This document shows, one piece after another, positions 41,799-52,278 of a stretch of 64,000 bases of DNA. Every line of letters starts with the position of its first letter. Position 1 is the first letter of the stretch. Made by a program: the position numbers and the translations under genes. A model generated the notes under the pieces. The model saw only the letters and a program-made list of their open reading frames with translations. It searched no databases and was not told the DNA's origin. The stretch spans positions 20,481-84,480 of the forward strand of contig LJUY01000009.1 of the NCBI GenBank assembly GCA_001304015.1. Direction: 5' to 3'. Origin of the DNA: a candidate division Zixibacteria bacterium SM23_81 (lineage in GTDB: Bacteria; SM23-81).

Positions 41799-43313
41799 TT
41801 ATACTTTCGCCCCGTGCCTTCTGGCATTCCAGTGAACACGTCTGCGTATGGGCTCGGTACCAAATCTCATCAGAAGGTGAATGATGGCCTTCAAAACGGG
41901 GTGATTGTGGCTGCCATAGTCGACATACAATTTCGGGAACCAGTCCAAGTTGTGATCCCAGCAGGCGGTGATCAATTCATAGTGTTTGGCTGTAAGATCT
42001 TTCTTTAAGAATGGTTTGGCATACTCGAGGCGGGTCGTCTCCATGGGGGTAAATAACAGTGGGACGATGATACTCCGATAAGGATACAGGGACTGCACCA
42101 GATCGATAGTTTGCTGCACATCTTCTCCATCTTCCCCGGGCAAACCCATGATGATGGTAGAGCAGCAGACGATGTAGTTATCGTGGAGCAGCTGGAAGGC
42201 ATCTTGAACCACCCGGGGCCAATCCTCGGGCTTGAAGGGATAAACTTTACCCTTCATGTGTTTCCTGATCAATTTCGGGCTAGCTGTCTCGATGCCCACC
42301 TGAAAGGCTTTGGTGCCACGTTCTGGGGAGCCCAGCTCAATGGCATGAGCGAGTCCCTCCACGGTCTTCGGCGAGCTTGCGGCCGAAGCCAGAGAAGCGT
42401 GGCTAGCGGTGACCCATCTCACGCCGGGGTGACGATAGACCCGGTCGAACATCTCCACTACCGCATCGTGATTAACCTTCAAACCGTCCGATTGGTAAAG
42501 GAAAATGTCCTCTCCATGCAGGATGACACCGTCGTAGCCGGCCTCGAGGTTGACCTGAACCTCATGAAGGATATTCTCCAGAGGCCTCGAGCGAACCTTT
42601 CTCACCGAGGGCACGCAAAAGGCGCAGCTGCGAGCGCAGCCCCGAGTTGCCTCGATGAGTCCGCTGATGCTGGGCCCGGCTATGTCAGCAATATCCTCGT
42701 CTGGTGCTGTCTCTCCCTGGACCACCCACGGTAGATGTGAATCATCATTTTCCAAAACCTGCCGGAAAAGTTTGGGGGCGGTTACCTCGCCTTCTCCGAC
42801 GACAACACAATTGATGCCCAGCTGTGCCATTTTCTCAGGATGAACGGATAACTGCCAAGCTCCGGGACCTCCCAGGAAGACCGTCGGCTTGTATTTCCTG
42901 ACCACCGAGCTCCGCAAGAGCTGACGTAATTTCACGGCCATCCGTCCCTCACCACCCCACAGCTCCGTAAAGGTGGAGGTGGCAGGCCCAATGCCCAGCG
43001 GGTCGTTGGAGCTAATGGAAAGGATTTTGGTGTCGTCGCTGATGACCTTGTGCAGATGGTTGGGATGGGCCACGATGACTTCATCCCTCTGGAATCCGTT
43101 GGCCAGCAATGCCGCCTCTACCTTTCTCATGCCGTAATTGGCAAAAAGCAGTCGCCCCTCCTCATCCGCGGGACCACTGGGACAGAACACAGGGTAGTAG
43201 AACCAATCGGGAACGACCCCCTGGGGCAAACATGCGCTGAATCCGAAAAACAGGTTATCATGGTACACGCTGGCCATGGTGCGGTCGCATGTCATGACGA
43301 TCTTGTAGGGCAT
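41799..43313 (-). CDS. B12-binding-domain radical SAM protein (archaeal-like)
   Basis: RGCARSCAFC (CxxxCxxC), DPLGIGP, GGPGAWQ, GEGE, GIETAS. Confidence 0.85.
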   Translation of the reverse strand: MPYKIVMTCDRTMASVYHDNLFFGFSACLPQGVVPDWFYYPVFCPSGPADEEGRLLFANYGMRKVEAALLANGFQRDEVIVAHPNHLHKVISDDTKILSISSNDPLGIGPATSTFTELWGGEGRMAVKLRQLLRSSVVRKYKPTVFLGGPGAWQLSVHPEKMAQLGINCVVVGEGEVTAPKLFRQVLENDDSHLPWVVQGETAPDEDIADIAGPSISGLIEATRGCARSCAFCVPSVRKVRSRPLENILHEVQVNLEAGYDGVILHGEDIFLYQSDGLKVNHDAVVEMFDRVYRHPGVRWVTASHASLASAASSPKTVEGLAHAIELGSPERGTKAFQVGIETASPKLIRKHMKGKVYPFKPEDWPRVVQDAFQLLHDNYIVCCSTIIMGLPGEDGEDVQQTIDLVQSLYPYRSIIVPLLFTPMETTRLEYAKPFLKKDLTAKHYELITACWDHNLDWFPKLYVDYGSHNHPVLKAIIHLLMRFGTEPIRRRVHWNARRHGAKV

Positions 43314-43316
43314 GAT

Positions 43317-43736
43317 TCGGTAATCGGTAATCGGTGATCGGTGATCGGTGATCGTTAATCGGTGATCGTTAATCGGTTATCGTGAATCGATGATCGTGAA
43401 AATCTGAGACCCGGGATTCGGGATCCGGGGATCGGGAACCGGGAAAAGCCGAGACTAGAGACCCGAGAGTCGAGATTCGTGAATCGTGATTCGTGAAAAA
43501 AACAGATCCTGGATCTTGGATGCTAGATCCTGGATAAAGGCTCAAAGATATGAGAGTATTTTCCAGCTTCCAGCATCCAGACACCAACTTCTATACCAGC
43601 TTCCACAACCATAAACCGGCTTCCACCTTCTGCTTCCTGCCGACTCCCATTGCCATTGCTATTGCCATTCTCTTAGAATACTCTCAACTCCCCAAACTCC
43701 CCAAACTCTCCAAACTCTCATAACTCTCCAACTCTC
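43317..43736. repeat. Compound microsatellite locus B
   Basis: TCGGTRA x~12, CCGGGAT, CGAGACT, TCGTGAA, GATCCTG, CCAGCTT, CCATTG and AACTCYCCA arrays in series. Confidence 0.85.
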
Positions 43737-43739
43737 ATT

Positions 43740-45908
43740 TCACGGTTCGTACTCTATATTCAACCTGTCAAATAAGAACGTAAAAACATCGGTCTCCTTG
43801 GCGATTCTCTCGCTGAGCCCGGTACCCATTCCGTGGCCCGTGGTAGAGCTGGTCCTCAAAAGGACATACCCCTTTGAGCTGGATGCCGCCTGAAGCCTGG
43901 CGACCATCTTTCGCGAGTGGGCCGGATTCACGCGTCCATCATTCAGGCCGGTCAGAAAGAAAACATCCGGGTAGCCAGTCCCATCCGTTACATGGTGGTA
44001 GGGCGAGTAAGCGTAGAGAGCCTCGAAATGCTCAGGAATCTTTACAGTTCCAAACTCGGTTACGTTAAAAGCTCCGTTTGGATCAAGTTCAACTCTCAAC
44101 ATATCATAGATGCCCGCATGGGTCACCACCGCACGAAAAAGATCGGGATGTTGGGTAAGGGCAGCGCCCATGAGCAGACCACCATTACTGCCTCCCTCAA
44201 TGGCCAGCTTGGCTGGGTTGGTGTACTTGGCCTCGATCAGGTGCTGAGCACAGGCGGCGAAGTCATCGAAAACATTCTGTTTCTCGGTGAGATTTCCGGC
44301 CCGGTGCCACTCCTCTCCAAACTCCCCCCCGCCACGAAGATTCGTGTCCACCCAGATGCCACCATGGTCTAGCCACAGACGGAGCTCTGGATTGAAGCGA
44401 GGCCTGCGGCTATTGCCGTAGCCGCCATAGCCGGTGAGGAGGGTTGGGTTTTGCCCATCCAGTTTTGTCCCCTTGCGGCGCATGATATTCAGGGGAACAC
44501 GTGTGCCATCCTTTGAGATGGCGAACTCCCTGACCACCTCAACATCGGAGAAATCTGCCGGGGAGGTGACGGCGAAAGCTGTCTGAGTCAATTTTCCCGT
44601 CGAGGGATTGAATATGTACCAGGCAGGAGGATCAACGTAGCTTGTGTTGTTGAACAGAATCTCATCGCCCTCCAGAGCGATCATCCCCCAAACTGAGGAA
44701 ACCGGTTTTAGCGGGATCGGCTCAAGTGGTTGACCCTCATAATCGAAAACACGGATTTGCCTGGGACCACCAATATCATCTCTCACATAGAGCCTGCCGG
44801 TGGTGGGAAGGCAATCCATGATGCCCACATCGCTCTCTCCAACCACGGTCGTGGCCTGAGTTGGATCAGTCACTCTCGGGGGCAAGCGCAGGATCTTCCC
44901 CATTGGCGCATCTCTCTTGGAAAGCAGATAGATGGCGTTATCCAGCCCAAAGGTCGCCCAGGGAATCCCATCCGCAAAGCGAGTAATCTGTGTCCACCTT
45001 CCTGATGGGCCCAGCAGATAGTGGGCGAACTCACCACCATCACCGTTTGCCACGGCTGCCAGGATATACTGTCCATCGACCGAGCTTTCCAGATCGATCT
45101 CGGCGATGCGCGGGAATTCTTTGCCTATAGAATATGTGTCCTCGTCGGTCGGCGTGTCCAGTGTATGGCAGTAAACCTGCTGGTAAAAACTCATATCCTC
45201 CAGTGGACGCTCACCTGCACGGGGGTAGTGGGTATAGTAGAAGCCGGAGCCGTCAGCATTCCAGGCCACGCTGCCGCCAGCGGTGGGTCCATTAACGCGA
45301 GGGATCACATCCGGAAGCTTCTCGCCGGTTACTTTGTAGACATGAACGGTGCCCACCTCGCTGCCACCCTCGGACATGGATACGGCCACCCGTTGACCGT
45401 CGAGGGACGGAACGTACCAATCGATGGACATCATGCCTTTTGGTTCCATCTCATTCGGATCCACGACGATCCTCTCAGAAGTCAAGTCGTGCGGCGACTG
45501 GAGGGTGACCAGAAACTTCTGCTCTTTGGGTGGCTGGGACTTGAGGGCAAAGAGCAGGCCTCGCCGATAACGTAACTCGCTGTATTCTGCAGACTCCCCG
45601 CCTAACAGCTTTTCCAGCCGTTCATGAACGCCTTCCCGGAAGCGGATTCCATTAAGAAAAGTGCGGGCATGGTGATTCTGCTCGTCGCTCCACTGGCGGA
45701 CCATGGGATCGTCGAAGTCCTCCAGCCAGCGGTAATCCTCGGTGACCTCGACGCCATGGTAGACATCCGTGACAGGCTTTTTGGGAGTTTCCGGAAGCTG
45801 TGTCGCATCGGAGGAGAAGCTGAGGCTAGCAAGAAAGATAATCATGCCCACGGCAAATATCGACGGAATGATATCTCGATCCCTTTTGACTCTGCTAAAG
45901 ACATTCAT
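43740..45908 (-). CDS. Exported prolyl oligopeptidase (S9A)
   Basis: DYRWLED, GYGGY, GGSNGG (Ser), NDGRV (Asp), GHG (His); RBS GGAGGT. Confidence 0.93.
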   Translation of the reverse strand: MNVFSRVKRDRDIIPSIFAVGMIIFLASLSFSSDATQLPETPKKPVTDVYHGVEVTEDYRWLEDFDDPMVRQWSDEQNHHARTFLNGIRFREGVHERLEKLLGGESAEYSELRYRRGLLFALKSQPPKEQKFLVTLQSPHDLTSERIVVDPNEMEPKGMMSIDWYVPSLDGQRVAVSMSEGGSEVGTVHVYKVTGEKLPDVIPRVNGPTAGGSVAWNADGSGFYYTHYPRAGERPLEDMSFYQQVYCHTLDTPTDEDTYSIGKEFPRIAEIDLESSVDGQYILAAVANGDGGEFAHYLLGPSGRWTQITRFADGIPWATFGLDNAIYLLSKRDAPMGKILRLPPRVTDPTQATTVVGESDVGIMDCLPTTGRLYVRDDIGGPRQIRVFDYEGQPLEPIPLKPVSSVWGMIALEGDEILFNNTSYVDPPAWYIFNPSTGKLTQTAFAVTSPADFSDVEVVREFAISKDGTRVPLNIMRRKGTKLDGQNPTLLTGYGGYGNSRRPRFNPELRLWLDHGGIWVDTNLRGGGEFGEEWHRAGNLTEKQNVFDDFAACAQHLIEAKYTNPAKLAIEGGSNGGLLMGAALTQHPDLFRAVVTHAGIYDMLRVELDPNGAFNVTEFGTVKIPEHFEALYAYSPYHHVTDGTGYPDVFFLTGLNDGRVNPAHSRKMVARLQAASSSKGYVLLRTSSTTGHGMGTGLSERIAKETDVFTFLFDRLNIEYEP

Positions 45909-45975
45909 GGCCTTTGCACCTCCCGACTCCTTACACAATACGTAATGCCAAATAAGCATTACGTATTACAATCTT

Positions 45976-48894
45976 TCAACTCACAGCCCTCAACTTCTCC
46001 AGCCGCTCCTTCGCGTCCTCCACATACTCAATACCTGGGTCGGCGTCCCTCCATATGTCCAGGAATTCTTCATATTGTTCCACAGCCTTTCTGTTCCAGC
46101 CCGATCGCTCGTAGGCCAGGCCGAGATAATAATGAGCGCGCACTGACCATATGGGGCGGGCCGCTCTGGTCTCATCATATCTGCTCAACACGCCCTCCAG
46201 AAGACTGACCACCTCACCGTGCCGGCCCACCTCCAGGTAGGCTTTGGCCAGGAACACACGCCCCAGAAAGGGGTTCTCGACCGCCTCCTGCACCGCTTTC
46301 TCCAAATGTGTGACCGCCACATCTGCGTTCCCGGTGAATAGCTCAACGCATCCCAGGGCCTGCCAGTAGGCATACAGTGCCTGAGGCGTCTTTTCCTCGA
46401 GATCCTTCTTTAGCTCGCTGAGCACTTCCCTTGCCTGAGTCTCTTTTCCGCTTTCCACCAGCACACAGGCCAGGAAATCACGAGAGCCCACCGGCGTCTC
46501 AGGGTCCGCTTCGAGCTGAACCGCTCGCCCCCTCTCTGTCTCTTCAATGGCCAGGTCCCACTGCTCTTTCCTGGCGTAGATCTCCGCTTTCAGATAATGC
46601 TTGTAAGCGTTTCTCCCTCCTCCGACTTGCTCCATTCGATCGGCCGCGATGCCATCGTCCAGGACCTCGATGGCCTCGTCCAACCTTCCCCGGTACATGG
46701 GGATCAGGGCCAGAAGGGTTCTCCCCCCGGCGCGATAGCTCTTTTCGTCACAGGAGGCAACAGCTTTGTAACAGCTCTCGGCCCGGACATATTCCCGCCT
46801 GAACAGATGCATGTGGCCCAGCTTGATCAAGGAGTGATAGAAATCGGGCTTGACCTCAAGCGCTTTCCGATATGATCCCATGGCCTGCTCGATCTGGCCG
46901 TTGAAACCATAAAGGTCTCCCCGAGTATCATAGGGATTGGCTTCATCGGGGGCAATAGAGACATATTTGTTGATAGCCCATAGGGACTTCTCGAAATCGT
47001 CCAACTGATCATAGGTATAGGCCAACATGTTATAGGCTGTTTTATAGAGGGGGTCGATCTCGATGGCCCTGTTGAGGCTACTCACCGCTTCCTGACGTCT
47101 TTCTGGCACCTGCCGATAGAAAACCCCCAGCCAGAAATGTACCTCTTTATCATCGGGATATCGCTGGGCCAATTTCTCCATTTCCTCGATCCCATTGGCA
47201 AACTTTCCCTCTGTCGTCTCTGACATGCTCTTGATAAATAGCTTCTCCTTCTGGCTAACCTGATCAGAGTACTGTAACGCCTTGGCCATGAAGCTACCTC
47301 GTTCCTCGCCTTCTTTTAGCAACCCCAGCCGAAAATAGGCCATGGCGAAGGTGGAGTCGTAGTCTAGGGCTTTTCGATAGCTTTCCTCAGCGTCGGTAGC
47401 ATAGAGCTTATTCTGATAATCCAGTCCCTCTAAATAATACCGGTAGGCCTCCGGCGAGTGCGTGGTGACATCGGCCACGGATCGATCCAGTTCCCCCCTG
47501 GCCTCCTCCGGCAGCGCCAGGTCCCGCTTCGTCTGGGCACTCAGCATGTCCACGACGGCGAACAGATCCTCTCCCTCCTGGCCACTTACTCGCTCGCTGG
47601 CGATGATCTTCCCGGTGGCGGCCTCGGAGATCTCGGCGGTGAGAACAATGGAAGGCTCTGTTTGCAGGATGTTCCCGGTCATGATCCACTTCACACCCGC
47701 CCTCCTGGCCACCTCTGAAGCAACGGTCTTGTCGATGACCTTGAGGTCTTCCTGGCCCATGAGTTTCAAGATGTCGTACAGCCTTTGCCGGCTCATCACT
47801 CGCATGTACTGCGACTCAGACAGGTCGGTGATCAGCAGACTGGTGATCATTTGGGCGATCCGGTCGCTGTCCTCGGGGTCGGCCACGTTCTCGAAATACA
47901 TAATGGCCAGGGAATTCTCCTCGGCCATGGCCCCACGATGCGGTCCGATCTCCACCTGGAAAGCTTTGAAGATCAGAAGGGCCAGCGCCAGAATCAAGAC
48001 GGCTAGGGCTGGGATGAGAATGGGCGAGCGCTTTTTCTTCCCCTTCGGCTCCACCACTCCAGGCATCACTCGCGTGGTGTCCAGCAAACGCCTCTCGTGC
48101 TTGAGGTCTGCCATGAGATCGTCGATATGCTGATACCGCTCCTCTCGGGCTTTAGAAAGAGCCTTGAAGACCACCTCTTCCAACTTGTCTGAGACCTGGC
48201 TGTTATAGCGGGCTATTCGCTGCGGCTCTTCGTTCAGGATGGAATAGATGACAGCGGCCAGATGTTCACTCTCGAAGGGCAACCGACGCGTCAGAAGCTC
48301 ATAGAGCACCACCCCGAAGGAGAAGATGTCGCTGCGCCGGTCCACAGTCTCCCCAGAGGCTTGTTCCGGCGACATGTAGGCTACGGTGCCCAAGGCCGAG
48401 GGTGTCTGGGTGATCTGCTCGGCGTCTTTTCGCTTGGCCAAGCCGAAGTCCATGATCTTCACCTGACCTTTGGGCGTGAGCATGATATTAGAGGATTTGA
48501 TATCCCGGTGGACGATGCCCTTCTCGTGGGCTGCTGTCAGGCCTTCGCACACCTGGATGCCAATGTCCAGAACCTCTTTGACCTTCAGTTCTTCCCTCCC
48601 GACAACGTCCTTCAGCGTCTTCCCTTCAACGTATTCCATGACGATGAAATCGCCCTGGGGGCTGCTCTCGATGCCGTGGATGGTGGTCACGTTGGGATGG
48701 CTGAGGGATGACGCCGCCTGCGCCTCGCGTAGGAAGCGGTCCTTTTCCTGGGGATGTTCGGAGATGTCCGATGGTAGAAACTTCAAGGCAACGGTTCGCT
48801 TCAGCTTGGTATCCTCGGCCTTGTAGACGATCCCCATCCCACCCTCACCGAGTTTCTGGAGGATTTTGTAATGGAGAATGGTTTTACCGATCAT
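45976..48894 (-). CDS. Ser/Thr protein kinase - TM - TolB-like - TPR protein (K1)
   Basis: GEGGMG, VALK, HRDIK, DFG, YMSPEQ; TM helix; SLAIMYFEN; TPR repeats. Confidence 0.92.
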   Translation of the reverse strand: MIGKTILHYKILQKLGEGGMGIVYKAEDTKLKRTVALKFLPSDISEHPQEKDRFLREAQAASSLSHPNVTTIHGIESSPQGDFIVMEYVEGKTLKDVVGREELKVKEVLDIGIQVCEGLTAAHEKGIVHRDIKSSNIMLTPKGQVKIMDFGLAKRKDAEQITQTPSALGTVAYMSPEQASGETVDRRSDIFSFGVVLYELLTRRLPFESEHLAAVIYSILNEEPQRIARYNSQVSDKLEEVVFKALSKAREERYQHIDDLMADLKHERRLLDTTRVMPGVVEPKGKKKRSPILIPALAVLILALALLIFKAFQVEIGPHRGAMAEENSLAIMYFENVADPEDSDRIAQMITSLLITDLSESQYMRVMSRQRLYDILKLMGQEDLKVIDKTVASEVARRAGVKWIMTGNILQTEPSIVLTAEISEAATGKIIASERVSGQEGEDLFAVVDMLSAQTKRDLALPEEARGELDRSVADVTTHSPEAYRYYLEGLDYQNKLYATDAEESYRKALDYDSTFAMAYFRLGLLKEGEERGSFMAKALQYSDQVSQKEKLFIKSMSETTEGKFANGIEEMEKLAQRYPDDKEVHFWLGVFYRQVPERRQEAVSSLNRAIEIDPLYKTAYNMLAYTYDQLDDFEKSLWAINKYVSIAPDEANPYDTRGDLYGFNGQIEQAMGSYRKALEVKPDFYHSLIKLGHMHLFRREYVRAESCYKAVASCDEKSYRAGGRTLLALIPMYRGRLDEAIEVLDDGIAADRMEQVGGGRNAYKHYLKAEIYARKEQWDLAIEETERGRAVQLEADPETPVGSRDFLACVLVESGKETQAREVLSELKKDLEEKTPQALYAYWQALGCVELFTGNADVAVTHLEKAVQEAVENPFLGRVFLAKAYLEVGRHGEVVSLLEGVLSRYDETRAARPIWSVRAHYYLGLAYERSGWNRKAVEQYEEFLDIWRDADPGIEYVEDAKERLEKLRAVS

Positions 48895-48943
48895 TGTGCG
48901 CACCGCCTTCCAGTTAGGCCTGTGTTTGTTTTCTAAAAATAGC

Positions 48944-49072
48944 GTTCGAGGATTCTAGGATTCCCCGTCCTCCCATTCCCAGCACCCCAGGATTCGAGGA
49001 TTCAAGTAAAAACCGAAAATCAAAAACCCTGTACAAAAGCGGGGTGGGGTGGCACTCGAACCCTAGAATCCT
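48944..49072. repeat. ~130-bp GGATTCRA-repeat element, copy 2
   Basis: Same core (aaaaccgaaaatcaaaa...tggcactcgaa) as copies 1 and 3. Confidence 0.85.
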
Positions 49073-49118
49073 ATGTATTTCTAAGAGCAAGACCTTGTGC
49101 TTTTCTCTGTCTCAAACT

Positions 49119-52046
49119 TCAACTCTGTGCTCTCAACCTCTCCACCCTCTCCCGCGCATCTTCTATTTCCTCAATGCCCTCATCGGCATCTTTCCAGATG
49201 TCTAAAAAGGTCTCGTATTGCTCGATGGCCTTTTCCGTCCACCCGGAGCGCTCGTAAGCTTGGCCGAGATAATAATGAGCTTTCACAGAAGCAATGGCAT
49301 CTAATGCTCTACTGCGGCTATACCTCAAGAGCGCTCTCTCGAATTTCTCAACCGACTCTGCCAATCTACCAGATTCCAAGTGCATTCTGGCCAACACATA
49401 GCGGAAGTAAAAACGTGTGATTATGTTCAAGTCGTCTAAGTTCTCGAAATAAGCCAGAGCCCCTTCGGGATTGTTCATTGATTGTTCAACATAGGCCATC
49501 GCACACCAATAATAAAACTGCCCAGTTATATCCGTGTCCTCGATGCGCTCCTTCAATATTTCAGCCACCTCCGCTGCCTTTTTGAAATCGCCGGCCTGCG
49601 CCAGAAACTGGACATAATATGTGCGCCATAGGTTCGTATAGTCAGGACTTGCTTCGATAGAGATTTCAATGGTCTTTTCCAATTCTGCCAAGGCATTTTT
49701 CATGTCTTTCTTCTCTCGATAGACCGTTGCTTTCAAAAAATGCTTATCCTCCTGCCAGTCTATTGACTGCTCCATCCTATCAGCCGCTATACCATAATCA
49801 AGAATCTTCAGCGCTTCATCAAACTTGCCCTGATACAGAGGTATGAGAGCCAGAAAGGCTCTTCCTTTGGATCGTATAGGCTTTTCATCGCTGGAAGCGA
49901 GCTTTTGATAATAGCTTTCAGCTACGGTATACTCTTGTTTAAAAAGGTACATATGACCGAGTTTCCCCCGCGACATATGAAAATCCGGCTTAATCTCCAG
50001 AGCTTTTTTATAGGATTCAATGGCCTGATCAATCTTTCCGTTGTAGCTGTAAAGATCAGCCCTGCTATCATATGGATTGGCCTCATCTGGCGCTAGAGAG
50101 ATATATTTGTTGATGGCCCAGATGGATCTTTCAAAATCGCCAAGACTGTTGTAGGCGTATGCGAGTAGATTATAGCTGAATTTATAGAGCGAGTCGATCT
50201 CGACAGACTTCTCCAAGTGATGAACAGCTTTTTTATAATCTGAGAGGAAGTTATTATAAATAATGCCTAGCCAGGAGTGGGCCATCTTTTCATCTGGATA
50301 CTGTTCTAATATACTCTCAAGTTCACTGATCGCCTGAGGAGAATCACCAGACAACAGTGCATCCAAGCTTTTGATGTATTTTCTCTCTTTCTGGCTGACT
50401 TTACCCGAATATTTCAGCGCTTTGGCCACCAATTTTTTAGCCTTAGCATCTGGCGAGATGATCGTCGCAATCCGGTAATAGGCCATGGCAAAAGTTGAAT
50501 CATACTCCAGGGCCTTGTGAAAACTCTTTTCAGCCTCTGTAAAATAAAACTTGTAAACGTAGTCGACACCTTCGAGATAATAACGATACGCCTCCGGCGA
50601 ATGAGTGGTCACATCGGCGACCGATCTGTCCAGCTCCTTTTGAGCCTGTGCCGGCAAAGAGAGATCTCCTTTGATCTCGGCGCTCAGCTTATCCACCACG
50701 GCGAAAAGATCCTCACCGGCCTCCCCCGTCACTCGCTGTGTGGCCAGCACCCTGCCCGTGGCCGCGTCGGATATATCTGCCGTCAAGATGATGTTCGGCT
50801 CGGTCTGTAGGATATCGCCGGTCAAGATCCACCCAGCCCCCGCTTTCTGGGCCACTTCCGAGGCTACGGTCTGATCGATCACCTTGAGATCCTCTTTTCC
50901 CAAGGCTTTTAAGATATCATAAAGCCGTTGACGGCTGACCACTCTGAGGTATTGAGACTCGGAAAGGTCGGTGATCAGTAAACTGGTGATCATCTTGGCA
51001 TAGCGATCGCTGTCCTGTGGATCGGCCATGTTCTCGAAATACATGATGGCCATGGAATTTTCCTGAGCAACCGCCTCTTGCTGGGGGCCGATTTTGACCT
51101 CGAAAGACTTGATGATGAAGAAGAGAAGGACGGCCAGAACGATAATGGCCGCAAGCATGATCACAGAAAGGTGAACCTTCTTCGGCCTGGCTACTTTGAC
51201 CTCCGAGGGAACCCGAGCTGCGGTAGCAGGCTCCAGCATCCTCCTCTCATGCCGTAGATCAGCCAGCACTCCGTCGATGTGCTGATAGCGTTCCTCCCGA
51301 TCCTTGGTCAGCGCCTTCTCCACGATCCGCTGCAGCCCCTCGGACACACCGGCCTTATACCGCGCCAACGGCTCCGGCGTCTCGTTGACGATGGAATAGA
51401 TCACGGCCGCCTCGTGGTCTCCTTTGAAAGGAAGATGTCCGGTGATCATCTCATAGAGCACCACGCCGAAGGAGAAGATGTCCGAGCGCCCATCCACCTC
51501 CATGGCCTGGGCCTGCTCCGGAGACATGTAGGAGACCGTCCCCAAGGTCGAGCCGGTGGTGGTCAGCTTGGTGGCCCCCTTCAGCTTGGCCAGACCGAAA
51601 TCCATGATCTTGACCCGCCCCTCGGGCGTGACCATGATGTTGTCCGACTTGATGTCCCGATGGACGACATCCTTCCTGTGAGCCGCCGTCAAACCCTCGC
51701 AGATCTGAACGGCGATCTCAAGCGTCTTCTTGAGCGTCAGCTTCTCTCCCTCGATGAGGTCTTTGAGACTTTCGCCCGGACAGTACTCCATGACGATGAA
51801 CAATTGACCGTCATGTTCGTCGATCTCATGAATCGTGGTGACATTAGGATGGTTTAAAGATGATGCCGCCTTGGCCTCGTGGATAAACCGCTCCTTCTCC
51901 ACCTCATCGGCGGTCAGATGCTCCGGCAGAAACTTCAAAGCCACCACACGATCCAGCTTGAGATCCTGGGCCTTATACACCACCCCCATGCCGCCCTCGC
52001 CGAGCTTTTCGAGAATCTTGTAATGGGAGATAGTTTTTCCGATCAT
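49119..52046 (-). CDS. Ser/Thr protein kinase - TM - TolB-like - TPR protein (K2)
   Basis: All Hanks motifs, TM helix, SMAIMYFEN, TPRs. Confidence 0.92.
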   Translation of the reverse strand: MIGKTISHYKILEKLGEGGMGVVYKAQDLKLDRVVALKFLPEHLTADEVEKERFIHEAKAASSLNHPNVTTIHEIDEHDGQLFIVMEYCPGESLKDLIEGEKLTLKKTLEIAVQICEGLTAAHRKDVVHRDIKSDNIMVTPEGRVKIMDFGLAKLKGATKLTTTGSTLGTVSYMSPEQAQAMEVDGRSDIFSFGVVLYEMITGHLPFKGDHEAAVIYSIVNETPEPLARYKAGVSEGLQRIVEKALTKDREERYQHIDGVLADLRHERRMLEPATAARVPSEVKVARPKKVHLSVIMLAAIIVLAVLLFFIIKSFEVKIGPQQEAVAQENSMAIMYFENMADPQDSDRYAKMITSLLITDLSESQYLRVVSRQRLYDILKALGKEDLKVIDQTVASEVAQKAGAGWILTGDILQTEPNIILTADISDAATGRVLATQRVTGEAGEDLFAVVDKLSAEIKGDLSLPAQAQKELDRSVADVTTHSPEAYRYYLEGVDYVYKFYFTEAEKSFHKALEYDSTFAMAYYRIATIISPDAKAKKLVAKALKYSGKVSQKERKYIKSLDALLSGDSPQAISELESILEQYPDEKMAHSWLGIIYNNFLSDYKKAVHHLEKSVEIDSLYKFSYNLLAYAYNSLGDFERSIWAINKYISLAPDEANPYDSRADLYSYNGKIDQAIESYKKALEIKPDFHMSRGKLGHMYLFKQEYTVAESYYQKLASSDEKPIRSKGRAFLALIPLYQGKFDEALKILDYGIAADRMEQSIDWQEDKHFLKATVYREKKDMKNALAELEKTIEISIEASPDYTNLWRTYYVQFLAQAGDFKKAAEVAEILKERIEDTDITGQFYYWCAMAYVEQSMNNPEGALAYFENLDDLNIITRFYFRYVLARMHLESGRLAESVEKFERALLRYSRSRALDAIASVKAHYYLGQAYERSGWTEKAIEQYETFLDIWKDADEGIEEIEDARERVERLRAQS

Positions 52047-52094
52047 GGTTGCTTTATTGTGAGGGTAAGCGTTTTTTTCTGACTAAGGAACCAA

Positions 52095-52232
52095 GAATTC
52101 AAGGATTCCTCTTCCTCCCTTCTCCACACCCCAGGATTCGAGGATTCAAGTGAAAACCGAAAATCAAAACCCATGTACGAAATCGGTGTGCGCTGGCACT
52201 CGAATCCTAGAACCCTAGAATTCTCGAATCCT
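52095..52232. repeat. ~130-bp GGATTCRA-repeat element, copy 3
   Basis: Same core as copies 1 and 2. Confidence 0.85.
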
Positions 52233-52278
52233 ATGTATCTTTACGAGTATACCTTTCTGCTTTTCTCTATATCAAACT

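Noticed and set aside
43317-43736. CRISPR array
   Set aside because: Units are 6-9 bp tandem repeats without unique spacers; no cas genes
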